Source: Phycisphaerae bacterium (GTDB lineage: Bacteria > Planctomycetota > Phycisphaerae > UBA1845). From it: a stretch of DNA of 37,086 nucleotides. Within the stretch, counting starts at the first letter, position 1. Every line of letters starts with the position of its first letter. The DNA lies in assembly GCA_049644045.1 (NCBI GenBank), contig JBARRC010000083.1:1-37086 (forward strand). Direction: 5' to 3'. Of this stretch, positions 21,369-31,052 are shown piece by piece. The notes under the pieces are model-generated. The model ran no database searches. It worked only from the letters and a program-made list of their open reading frames with translations, and had not been told where the DNA came from. Position numbers and translations under genes: made by a program.

Positions 21369-22478
21369 CTAACTCTTGCCCAGCGCCCTCTCCAGCGCCG
21401 TCTGCAACATTGTACCGCCGTCGCCTTTGAAGTCGATCGCAACCCTGACGACGGCCACACCCGTCAGATCGACCCCGTCCAGCGCGACGAGCTTAACTGC
21501 GTCTTTTTCCGTGGTGATGAGCAGGTCATGCGGCGGGAAACGCCCAGGCCGGCGTAGGGTACTGATGTCGCGAGGTGTGTAGCGGTGATGATCCGGCCAA
21601 AAGCGTTGCCCCACCACCTCGACCCCCAGGGAGCGCACCGTCGTCAAGAACGCGCCCGGATGTCCGATCCCGGCAAAGACAACGGCCCGCTTACCTTCAA
21701 GTGGGCTTGCCAAAGGCGTGTCATCGAGCCGGTCGACCGAAGTGACACGGTGAGTGCACTGCAGAATGGTGAATGGTGAAGGCGGAATGGTGAATGATGA
21801 ATTCCGTCTTCCGTCTTCCGCCTTCCCCCTTCCGCATTCCACGTTTCGCAGCCGCGCCTCGACCCGGGAGAGTGCCGCGCTGGACACCTGATCGCAACGG
21901 GTCAAAACCACGATCTGGGCGCGGCGCAGCGATCCCACCGGTTCACGCAGCAGGCCCCGAGGCAGCAGATGCCCGAAGCCAAACGGGCAGGTCGCGTCGA
22001 TCAGGACGATGTCGAGCGTGCGGGCGAGCTGACGGTGCTGAAACCCGTCATCGAGTACGATCACGTCCGCGCCGAATTTGGTGCGAGCGAACTGCCCCGC
22101 GGCTGCCCGGTCCGGATCACAAATGCAGACAACGCTCGGACAGCTCTCGCGGATCAGGCGTTCTTCGTCGTTGGGTTGCCCTTCAGCAGCCTTGTAGCCG
22201 CGCGAGACGACCGCGGGGCTTAAGCCCATGCGGTCGAGGCGCTTGACCAGTTCGATGACGAATGGTGTCTTGCCGGTGCCCCCGACGGTGAGGTTGCCGA
22301 CGCTGATGACGGGAATATCGAGGACAGCCCGAGGCCCGCTGCGGTCGTAGCGGGTGTTGCGGAGCGCGACACCACGGGCATAAAGCCCTTCCAGGACGCG
22401 CAACATCGCTCGCACGGGGAAGACCCACAAGCCCGCCTCCCCTGCGATAATCCGGCGGTACAACGAGTGTTCGCTCAT
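21369..22478 (-). CDS. lpxK: tetraacyldisaccharide 4'-kinase
   Basis: P-loop VISVGNLTVGGTGKTPFV, plus DDGFQH, VVLTRCD, FAGIGHPGAF and TEKDAVK blocks. The start is set to the ATG at 22478 (MSEHSLYRRI), 7 nt after the Memo-like stop; the track's 22673 start overlaps the upstream gene. Confidence 0.88.
   Translation of the reverse strand: MSEHSLYRRIIAGEAGLWVFPVRAMLRVLEGLYARGVALRNTRYDRSGPRAVLDIPVISVGNLTVGGTGKTPFVIELVKRLDRMGLSPAVVSRGYKAAEGQPNDEERLIRESCPSVVCICDPDRAAAGQFARTKFGADVIVLDDGFQHRQLARTLDIVLIDATCPFGFGHLLPRGLLREPVGSLRRAQIVVLTRCDQVSSAALSRVEARLRNVECGRGKAEDGRRNSSFTIPPSPFTILQCTHRVTSVDRLDDTPLASPLEGKRAVVFAGIGHPGAFLTTVRSLGVEVVGQRFWPDHHRYTPRDISTLRRPGRFPPHDLLITTEKDAVKLVALDGVDLTGVAVVRVAIDFKGDGGTMLQTALERALGKS
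21764..21839. repeat. family-E hairpin repeat copy E1, lying in frame inside lpxK
   Basis: gaaggcggaatggtgaatgatgaattccgtcttccgtcttccgccttcccccttcc is the inverted counterpart of 23715-23776. It is translated as GRGKAEDGRRNSSFTIPPSPFTI within LpxK. Confidence 0.85.
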
Positions 22479-22485
22479 GCACCAA

Positions 22486-23694
22486 TCAGGTGAACACAAC
22501 GGCGGCGCTCGTGACGCACGTCTGCGACGGCTGATCCACGGCCTGATGATACCGCAGGACCGTACCTGTGGCCTGCGGAAGGGCTGTAGCCAGCGCGAAG
22601 ATGCAGCCCGCGCTGCAGACGCGGGTGGCGTTGTCGTCGCCGGCCACGCCGCTAAGGAACGCCACCGGGTCATTGACCGTAAGCTGGTTCAGCACGCGTG
22701 CATCGACCTCCCGGACTTCCTCCAGAAAAGCGTCATCCAGCCTCCGCTTGTCGCCGAAGACCGCTCCCACGTGACTGAGATCCGCCCCGGCCACGATCAG
22801 GGTGTCGCGGTCATCCTCCGCGATGAGGTCGCCAAGCACCCGTGCAAAATCTTGCAGATCCACGCCGTTCCCGTCGCACGGGGCGGTCCCCGTCAGACCA
22901 CACGGGTCGGGACACAGAAACGGCACCATCTCGAACGAATCGGCGTCGAGAAGATATTGCAGCCAGGCCACCTGCAATTCAATTGAATGCTCGCGCAAAT
23001 GGTCAAGCTCGTAGGCCCGCAGGTCACCACATTGCGCCTCCAACCGTTTGAGGAACGCCACGTCGGTGCGCGTCGTACCCAGTGGCGTCGAGAAGTCGTT
23101 GACGGTCGCGACGACGGACGAGGATCGACCGAAATGGTTCGTCCCGAGGATGACCACACGGTCGGGCTTCGGGTGCGTGCGGAGCGTTCCGTACGCCGCC
23201 GCATAGCAAGGTTTACCGCGCGCGTAATCAAGATGCGGAACGACCAGGCCTCTTACCGGCCCGGGCGGCACGGGCTGCCCCGCACCATTGAGCATCTCCT
23301 CAAAAAGATCGCCCGAGCCGTCGATCCCAAGCATACCCGCATGGGGCATGTCCCGTGTACCTGAACTCCGGTACGCATCCAGGCGAGATTGGTAATAGGC
23401 TTCGAACCCCGGTCCTTCAAGCAGGTGTGCCTGCTCCAACGCATCCAACATGCGCTGAAGCGTGTCGACTGAAAGCAACTGGCCGAAGCACACGTCAAAC
23501 CTGCGCCGGATGCCCTCGCAGCTATTTGCGCCGTCCATCAGGGCCATGATGTGAAGGGCCGGCTCCGACACCGTCAGCACCACGTCAGACAGACCGCTCT
23601 GGTCACGAACGCCCACCTGCATGCCGTCGCCATCAGGCAGCGGAAAGGCCTCCACCGGTCGCAGGCGCGGTTTGAATCCTGAATCCCAACACAT
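22486..23694 (-). CDS. Memo-like (AmmeMemoRadiSam system protein B family) protein with a PqqD-like N-terminal domain
   Basis: Memo-type blocks VVPHLDYARGKPCYAAAY, GADLSHVG and VCSAGCIFAL. The N-terminal 100 aa (KPRLRPVEAFPLPDGDG...LTVSEPALHIMALMDGANSCEGIRRRF...VDTLQRMLDALEQAHLLEG) resemble PqqD/RRE domains. The start is either 23694 (MCWDSG) or 23760; the extra 22 codons of the longer form are repeat-derived. Confidence 0.7.
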   Translation of the reverse strand: MCWDSGFKPRLRPVEAFPLPDGDGMQVGVRDQSGLSDVVLTVSEPALHIMALMDGANSCEGIRRRFDVCFGQLLSVDTLQRMLDALEQAHLLEGPGFEAYYQSRLDAYRSSGTRDMPHAGMLGIDGSGDLFEEMLNGAGQPVPPGPVRGLVVPHLDYARGKPCYAAAYGTLRTHPKPDRVVILGTNHFGRSSSVVATVNDFSTPLGTTRTDVAFLKRLEAQCGDLRAYELDHLREHSIELQVAWLQYLLDADSFEMVPFLCPDPCGLTGTAPCDGNGVDLQDFARVLGDLIAEDDRDTLIVAGADLSHVGAVFGDKRRLDDAFLEEVREVDARVLNQLTVNDPVAFLSGVAGDDNATRVCSAGCIFALATALPQATGTVLRYHQAVDQPSQTCVTSAAVVFT

Positions 23695-23714
23695 CAGGAT
23701 CCATTGTATCAGAG

Positions 23715-23776
23715 AAAGGATGAAGGAGGAAGGAGGAAGGCGGAAGGCGGAATTCACCATTCACCATTCCGCCTTC
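23715..23776. repeat. family-E hairpin repeat copy E2, at the tadC stop / Memo-like 5' junction
   Basis: ggcggaat tcaccattcacc attccgcc forms a hairpin directly after the tadC TGA. It is the inverted copy of E1, and aggaggaagg motifs flank it. Confidence 0.85.
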
Positions 23777-24719
23777 AGAGCAAACCAGGGGTGTTGCTTA
23801 GAGCTTCAATCATCTTCAGCGCGGCGGGTCCGGCCAGCACCACGAGAATGGCGGGGAAGATGAACAGGATCAACGGTGCCATCAGTTTGACCGTTGTTTT
23901 CTGGGCGCGCTCTTCGGCGGCCTGGCGGCGCTTGACGCGAAGGGCGTCGGATTGGTTGCGCAGGGCGCGAGCAATGCTCGTGCCGAATCGCTCGGCCTGG
24001 TTGATGATGGCCACAAGGGACCGGGCCTCGTCGAGCCCGGTCCGGCTCGTGAAGTTGACGAGTGCTTCGGAGCGTGGGATCCCCATCTGGGTTTCGAGCG
24101 TGACAAGTTGGAGTTCTTCAGACAGGGAAGGGTGGACGTTGCTCATTTCGTCGCCGACACGTTGGAACGCCGCGTCGAGGCCGAGACCCGATTCGACGGA
24201 GATGACCAGCATATCGAGCGTATCGGGCAGGCCGAGGCGAATCTGCTCTTTCCGCTTGGACGTGGCTGAGCTAAGCCAGAGATCGGGCGCCAAAAAACCA
24301 ACCCCCGCGCCGATCATGGCGATTCCCGCGACGGCGGGCAGGGAGTATCCATTCGTCCAGGCATAGGCAAGAGCGGCCACGCCGAGGCAGACCGCCACAA
24401 CCGTCTTACTCGCCAGGAAGGTGGTGGGCGTCGTTTCGCCGCGAAAACCCGCTGTGGCGAGCCTCATGCGGAGCTTCGACATCTCCTCCGCATCTTGCTT
24501 CATCGACGGACGGATGGCGATCGGGGCCACCTTCCTCATGACCCTTTTCGCCACCGAGCTCTTCGCCTTTTCGCGGATCGCACCGGCCTCGCTCTGGGCT
24601 TTTCGCCCGGCCATCCGACGTTTTATCGTGTCGCCCTCCTCATCCGGTGAGGGCCACAGGGCGTACACCACCAGCGCGATGCTGATCACGATCAAACCGC
24701 TGAGCAGGTAATACGTCAT
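23775..24719 (-). CDS. tadC: Tad pilus inner-membrane platform protein TadC (T2SS-F family)
   Basis: 314-aa polytopic ORF, 3 nt after tadB. It has a T2SSF-like block (LPDTLDMLVISVESGLGLDAAF) and sits in the canonical position after tadB. Confidence 0.85.
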   Translation of the reverse strand: MTYYLLSGLIVISIALVVYALWPSPDEEGDTIKRRMAGRKAQSEAGAIREKAKSSVAKRVMRKVAPIAIRPSMKQDAEEMSKLRMRLATAGFRGETTPTTFLASKTVVAVCLGVAALAYAWTNGYSLPAVAGIAMIGAGVGFLAPDLWLSSATSKRKEQIRLGLPDTLDMLVISVESGLGLDAAFQRVGDEMSNVHPSLSEELQLVTLETQMGIPRSEALVNFTSRTGLDEARSLVAIINQAERFGTSIARALRNQSDALRVKRRQAAEERAQKTTVKLMAPLILFIFPAILVVLAGPAALKMIEALSNTPGLL

Positions 24720-24722
24720 TGG

Positions 24723-25727
24723 TCACACCTTGATATTGACAATCCATCGAATCATCGCGATGCCCATAAGCTGCATCCCAAGGGCCGCCATGAGCATGAT
24801 CTGCCCCGTTGGATCCTCGAGGAGGACGTTGGCGTAATCGGGATTCAGGTACATCGAGGCCACGAAGACGACCGCCGGCAAAGCAAACAACACCCAGCCG
24901 GAAAGCCGCCCCTCTGCAGTGAGCCCGCGGACCAACCCCCCCAGCTCGATTCGCTCTCGGATGACCCCGCTGATATTGTCGAGCACCTCCGCAAGGTCAC
25001 CGCCCGTTTGGCGCTGGATCATCACGGCCGTTACGAAGAACCGGACATCGAGCGAGTCAACGCGGTCTGCCATGGACTTCAGCGCATCCTCCACCTTCAC
25101 CCCGAGGTTCTGCTCGTGATACACCTGCGCGAATTCCGTGGCGATCGGAGACGGCATCTGCTCATAGACGAGCTGGATGGCCCCGGGGAGGGACTGTCCG
25201 GCCCGCAACGCCTGGCCCATCATCTCAAACACATCGGGCAACTGAGTCGTGAGCTTCGTCATCCGCCGTTTGCGTTTGAAGTTGAGCCATACAAGAGGCA
25301 GCACGAGGATGGCGGCGCCGCATCCAATCGCAGCAAAGGGGGAAACGTCCATGACCAACAACCCGATGGTCGCGAGCAGGGCCAGGCCGCACAGGTTCAG
25401 CATGGTCTGCGACGCTGACCAATTAACGTCCGCCTGGTCGAGCAGGGTTTGCAGCTTGGGGACGAACTTGAACTTCCCGATTATCGAGTCCGCGAAGGTC
25501 GCGGACTGGCCGATCGCGCCGCGCCGCAGAATGGTGGCCGTTATCTTCTCCCGCTGGCGATGCTCGCCACGCAAACGCTCCTGCACCTTCCGGCGGCTGG
25601 AGGCCTTGCTCTCGACAACCACCTGGTAGATACCATAGAAAAGCAGCATCGATCCGACCACCGGAAGGACGTAGACCATCAGCCCGGTGGACTCAGCCAG
25701 CAACGGTACTATGTCGCTTCTATTCAT
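24723..25727 (-). CDS. tadB: Tad pilus inner-membrane platform protein TadB (T2SS-F family)
   Basis: 334-aa polytopic ORF after cpaF with a T2SSF-like block (LPDVFEMMGQALRAGQSLPGAI). Confidence 0.85.
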   Translation of the reverse strand: MNRSDIVPLLAESTGLMVYVLPVVGSMLLFYGIYQVVVESKASSRRKVQERLRGEHRQREKITATILRRGAIGQSATFADSIIGKFKFVPKLQTLLDQADVNWSASQTMLNLCGLALLATIGLLVMDVSPFAAIGCGAAILVLPLVWLNFKRKRRMTKLTTQLPDVFEMMGQALRAGQSLPGAIQLVYEQMPSPIATEFAQVYHEQNLGVKVEDALKSMADRVDSLDVRFFVTAVMIQRQTGGDLAEVLDNISGVIRERIELGGLVRGLTAEGRLSGWVLFALPAVVFVASMYLNPDYANVLLEDPTGQIMLMAALGMQLMGIAMIRWIVNIKV

Positions 25728-25744
25728 CCTTCATCCTTCATTCT

Positions 25745-25750
<6 letters not shown>
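25713..25750. repeat. family-E repeat copy E3, spanning the cpaF stop and the tadB SD, start and first five codons
   Basis: The minus strand reads TGAAGGATGAAGGATGAATAGAAGCGAC. This is 27/28 identical to plus-strand 27244-27271. Confidence 0.85.
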
Positions 25751-27214
<1,464 letters not shown>

Positions 27215-27230
27215 GCGCGTACTCCCAGAA

Positions 27231-27376
27231 CAAGGATGAAAGGTGAAGGATGAAGGATAAATAGAAGCGACTCCCCGGTTTTCATCCTTCCGTCTTCATC
27301 CTTCTGCCTGTGCGTGTACTCACACAGACAGGTCCGCCTTCATCCTTCATCCTTCCGCCTTCATCCTTCATCCTTG
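27231..27376. repeat. composite of family-E repeats (E4) filling the cpaE-cpaF spacer
   Basis: aaggatgaaaggtgaaggatgaagga (27231-27257) faces tcatccttccgtcttcatccttc (27282-27304). An imperfect palindrome at about 27305-27332 follows, then tandem ccgccttcatccttcatcctt x2. Confidence 0.85.
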
Positions 27377-27381
27377 TCGGA

Positions 27382-28569
27382 TCAGCCGCCGGCGAAGATC
27401 CGACCGATCAAACTCGGCTTGCGAGTACCCTTATCATCGGTCTCGGAATCGGCGCCGTGCAGCCGTTCGGCGATTTCCTGAAGCGCGAGACGGACTTTGC
27501 TTTTCGGACTATGGGTCAGAAGCGGCTCGCCGAGGTTGATGGCTCCGCTGACCGCCTCCCAATCGTCCGGTATGGATGCAAACGCATTGAGCCCCAGCGT
27601 TTCGGTCACGTCGTCGACGGATAATTGGCCCGCACCGCGCCCGACACGATTACAGATGAGCCTGGCACGCTCGGGGTTGTACCCGTTTTCGCGCATGCTC
27701 TGGAGCATCCGCATCGCGTTACGCACACACGGAACCATTTGCTGAACAACCAGGAGGGTCACATCCGATAAGGCCAGGACCGACTTACCCCCAATGTCGA
27801 ACCGTGTCGGCCCGTCCGCAATCACGTATTCGTTCAACTGGATCAGGTTGGAGAAAACCCCCAGGCAGGCGGCGGCGGTGATCGTGTCCGCCTCGGCCAG
27901 ATGAGCGGGACGGCTCAGAACCTGCACGCCACTATCGTGTTTTGTCAATGCCCGCTTGACCACCGAAGGTTCCAGCGCTTCCGGCGAGCTGCACAGATCT
28001 GCCAGGGTGTACTTCGGATCCACGTCCAACAGGGTGGCCGCCTGTCCGAACCGGTAGTCGAGATCAACAACCGTCACCTGACCACCAGTGAGCGCTCCCA
28101 GCTCCACCGCGAGATTCGTCGTGATCATCGTCGCGCCGACCCCGCCGGCCGTCCCTACCACCGTGATCAGCTTGCCCTGCACCCCCGTCTCGACCCGGTT
28201 GAGGGCGACCCTGCCGATCGCCTCCCTGAGGGCCTTGATATCGATGGGCGTGGGGAGGAACTCCTTGATGCCCATCCGCATGACCTTGAGAATGAGCGGC
28301 CCGTCCGTTGATTCCGAGGCGGCCAAGACCGCCAGATCGCCGTGGGAGGCCAGGACATCGCCCACAAGCGGCAGAATCGTCTCTGGTGACGGATCAAGGT
28401 TGACCAGCAGGATATCAACGGGGATTTGCTGGACTACCTGCAGAAGAAGAGCGGGCTCATCGACCTCAGCCACGATCTTCGCCCCCTCCTCCTGCATGAG
28501 CATGGCGCGAAGCTCAGCCCCGAACTTCGACTGCTCATTGAGAATCATGAACTTGACGTCGCGTCCCAT
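27382..28569 (-). CDS. cpaE: Tad pilus assembly protein CpaE/TadZ (pseudo-receiver plus MinD/ParA-like domain)
   Basis: 395-aa ORF with an N-terminal receiver-like fold, then ITVVGTAGGVGATMITTNLA (a Walker-A-like loop lacking both lysines). It sits upstream of cpaF. Confidence 0.85.
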   Translation of the reverse strand: MGRDVKFMILNEQSKFGAELRAMLMQEEGAKIVAEVDEPALLLQVVQQIPVDILLVNLDPSPETILPLVGDVLASHGDLAVLAASESTDGPLILKVMRMGIKEFLPTPIDIKALREAIGRVALNRVETGVQGKLITVVGTAGGVGATMITTNLAVELGALTGGQVTVVDLDYRFGQAATLLDVDPKYTLADLCSSPEALEPSVVKRALTKHDSGVQVLSRPAHLAEADTITAAACLGVFSNLIQLNEYVIADGPTRFDIGGKSVLALSDVTLLVVQQMVPCVRNAMRMLQSMRENGYNPERARLICNRVGRGAGQLSVDDVTETLGLNAFASIPDDWEAVSGAINLGEPLLTHSPKSKVRLALQEIAERLHGADSETDDKGTRKPSLIGRIFAGG

Positions 28570-28737
28570 CGACAGTGTCTATCGGCAACGGGGCGACCGA
28601 AGCCAATCTACCATGCACGCAGGCACCTCAATCCGTCATTCGATCCGTCAGATAGGAGCGGCGTAGAATATCGGAACCACAACTCGGCGGGTGACTGGCA
28701 GCGTGGTGGAGTCGTTCTCTTGGCAGATGCTCAAAGC

Positions 28738-29406
28738 TCAGAGTTGCCTGCAGCAGATGAATAAGCCAGGGTAGTAGTACTTGTTGCATTCACACCCAGC
28801 AACATCGGACTCTTCAAGCCAATAGTAAGCGTAGTAATGTGCATTCCCGGGGTATTCGGCGCCATCCAGCAAGCGTTGACGCCTCTCCTCCCACTCTCTC
28901 GGGGTCTGATAGTACGGCCTGACAAACACCATCGCCAGCTTGTAGGATTCCTCGCTGTCAGTCTCAAGATGATATTCCACTATCTGCCTTTCCGCCTCGC
29001 CGAACCGACTTTCTACGCGTGCCCAATCGGTATGAGCGGACAGGTATTCTTGCTTGCTTTCAACGAACACGTCCCGCTTACCATCGGGCGTTCCCAACCA
29101 CCAGTCCACACGCCCCTTCGAATGATTCTTCCCTTTCTCGCACGAGTACTCTTCCAGCGCAGAATAGCCAGCACGAAAAGCAGCCGCGGTAAGATGACCC
29201 ACAATCGTGCGTTCCGTGTACCACCATGGAACATCCATCGGACGCGTCTGCGCGATGTAACGATCATAGATCCCCCAAAGCTCAGAGAAGACGGGTTGGA
29301 GTATCGCCAAAGTCGATGGCCTTTCCCCATCCGGAGAACCTGGGGAAACCACACCACACTTGGCCAAACGAGCAGAGGTGTTCCATGTCTTGCAGGCAGG
29401 CGTCAT
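28738..29406 (-). CDS. hypothetical protein (222 aa) in the cpaD/rcpB slot, with a PD-(D/E)xK-like motif and no signal peptide
   Basis: ATG at 29406 with AAGGAGGA upstream, 40 nt after the cpaC stop. Hand-counted GC is about 49-56%, against 68% in a cpaE stretch. It is W/Y/E-rich, with ALEEY...GRVDWWLG...DVFVESKQ and a Cys-rich tail GCECNKYYYPGLFICC. Confidence 0.6.
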   Translation of the reverse strand: MTPACKTWNTSARLAKCGVVSPGSPDGERPSTLAILQPVFSELWGIYDRYIAQTRPMDVPWWYTERTIVGHLTAAAFRAGYSALEEYSCEKGKNHSKGRVDWWLGTPDGKRDVFVESKQEYLSAHTDWARVESRFGEAERQIVEYHLETDSEESYKLAMVFVRPYYQTPREWEERRQRLLDGAEYPGNAHYYAYYWLEESDVAGCECNKYYYPGLFICCRQL

Positions 29407-29446
29407 ACGGGTGTCCTCCTTCGTTTTCGACGCAGGCTGGCGTCGG

Positions 29447-31036
29447 CTACTGTGTGTCGGCAGGTCCGGCGTGCCCCCATGGGCCATGGACCGAAAGCTC
29501 GTCCGGCTCGGTGTCAAGCAGCGAGCCCGGATCGCCCTCCACGCCAACGCCGCACGAAGGGCCGGCGCATCCCACACCGTCCGCCGCTTCCAGCAAACCG
29601 AGCGTATACAGCTCGAGGTCGTTCGGAATCCGTACGTCGTCGGTTGGCAGGGTGATCTTCTGATGTGCATCGAGCGGCGCGACGATTTCGGGTGTCACGA
29701 AGATGACGAGTTCCGTCAACGAACGTTGGAAGTTGACCGAACGGAACAGCGCGCCGAGGATGGGGATATCGCCGATGCCGGGAATCCGGCTCGCCAGACC
29801 GCGGATTTCCTCGCTGAGTAATCCTGCAATCGCGATGGTTTCACCATTTCCAAGCTCGACCGTGGTTTCCGTCGCCCGCGCGGTCAGACCGGGTACCACG
29901 TAGCCTTCAATCTGGACGGCCACCGAGTAGTCCAGATTGGAGACTTCCGGGGCCACGCGCAGCCGGATCCGCTGGTGCCCTACAACCACCGGCGTGAAAT
30001 TCAGGCGGACCCCGAACTTACGGAACTCAATGGTGATTTGCTGGTTGCCCTGCGGGACCGGGATGGGGAATTCACCGCCCGCCAGGAACGTGGCTGTCTC
30101 CCCGCTGATCGCGACGAGATTGGGCTCCGCCAGGATGCTCAGCAGGGAGTTGTCAGCCATCGCCCGGATGAACAGTTGCATCTGAGCCCGCGGGAACCCC
30201 AATGACAGTGTCGTAGACTGACCGATGGGAATGCCGTCTTCGCCTGTGAGAAACGGAATGTTCCGGGTCACAAGCGCGTCGGCGGCAGCGCCTATGTTGA
30301 TCGGGTTGATTCCGCCCAACTGGTTGACGATGAAAGCATCGCGAAAGTTCTCCCCGGCGAGGAAACCGTTGATGCCGAGTTCGCGCGAGGCCGAACGACT
30401 CACCTCCGCTACCACACAACGCAACAGAACCTGCTGCTCACCAGCCACCTCGAGGTGGTTCTGCACGGTAGTTGACGGGCGGCCCGCCACCGGCGGTGGC
30501 AGGAAAAGACCGGTCAATTCAGTGACGCGTTTGGCGCGCTCCGCGCTGCTGACCGTCCCGGTGAGTACCAGGTTTCCAAGAATCGAGTGGGCTTGCGCGT
30601 TGGACTGCGGATCGATGGCACGGATGGCCTCATTGAGCCGCTCGACATTCAGCTCAACGGTTACGGCGAGCAGGTACTGATCGTCACCGGTCCCCTGCAG
30701 GACCAGGTTGGTGCTGCCGTACTGCTGGCCAGTGATGAGCAGGCGTTTGGGACTGATGACCTGAACGTTCGCAATGTGCCCGGCGACGACGTCGGCACGG
30801 GTGATCTCGACGGTCGTCTCGACCGTCACGCTTCCAAAGAGCGGAACGGTGATGTGTTCGCGGCTTGTGGACAAGTCGAGAACTGACGCACGGAATTCCT
30901 TCGCACGCTCGCCCTCCTGCCCGGCTGCGTAACCGGCGATCGTCAAAACAAAGACACTGATCGCGACCACCATCAGGCGGGGCACGGGCTTGCAACCCTT
31001 GGTGGTACGACCGTCGTCCGTGACTTTGGTAAACAT
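29447..31036 (-). CDS. cpaC: Tad pilus secretin CpaC/RcpA
   Basis: Secretin C-domain blocks (LAEPNLVAISGETATFLAGGEFPIPV; IPILGALFRS...ELVIFVTPEIV). The ATG at 31036 has AGGAGG upstream and gives a signal-anchor (LMVVAISVFVLTIAGYAAG). The track's 31150 start overlaps cpaB. Confidence 0.9.
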   Translation of the reverse strand: MFTKVTDDGRTTKGCKPVPRLMVVAISVFVLTIAGYAAGQEGERAKEFRASVLDLSTSREHITVPLFGSVTVETTVEITRADVVAGHIANVQVISPKRLLITGQQYGSTNLVLQGTGDDQYLLAVTVELNVERLNEAIRAIDPQSNAQAHSILGNLVLTGTVSSAERAKRVTELTGLFLPPPVAGRPSTTVQNHLEVAGEQQVLLRCVVAEVSRSASRELGINGFLAGENFRDAFIVNQLGGINPINIGAAADALVTRNIPFLTGEDGIPIGQSTTLSLGFPRAQMQLFIRAMADNSLLSILAEPNLVAISGETATFLAGGEFPIPVPQGNQQITIEFRKFGVRLNFTPVVVGHQRIRLRVAPEVSNLDYSVAVQIEGYVVPGLTARATETTVELGNGETIAIAGLLSEEIRGLASRIPGIGDIPILGALFRSVNFQRSLTELVIFVTPEIVAPLDAHQKITLPTDDVRIPNDLELYTLGLLEAADGVGCAGPSCGVGVEGDPGSLLDTEPDELSVHGPWGHAGPADTQ

Positions 31037-31052
31037 TGTTCCAACGTCCTCC

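Noticed and set aside
22479-22673. N-terminal extension of the lpxK ORF (track start 22673)
   Set aside because: It overlaps the 3' end of the Memo-like gene by 188 nt and encodes Arg/Pro/Ser-rich low-complexity sequence. The conserved LpxK sequence starts after the ATG at 22478.
29407-29670. Longer version of the orphan ORF (track 28738..29670)
   Set aside because: The extra 88 codons overlap the cpaC 3' end by 224 nt and have no SD. The internal ATG at 29406 has a strong AAGGAGGA.
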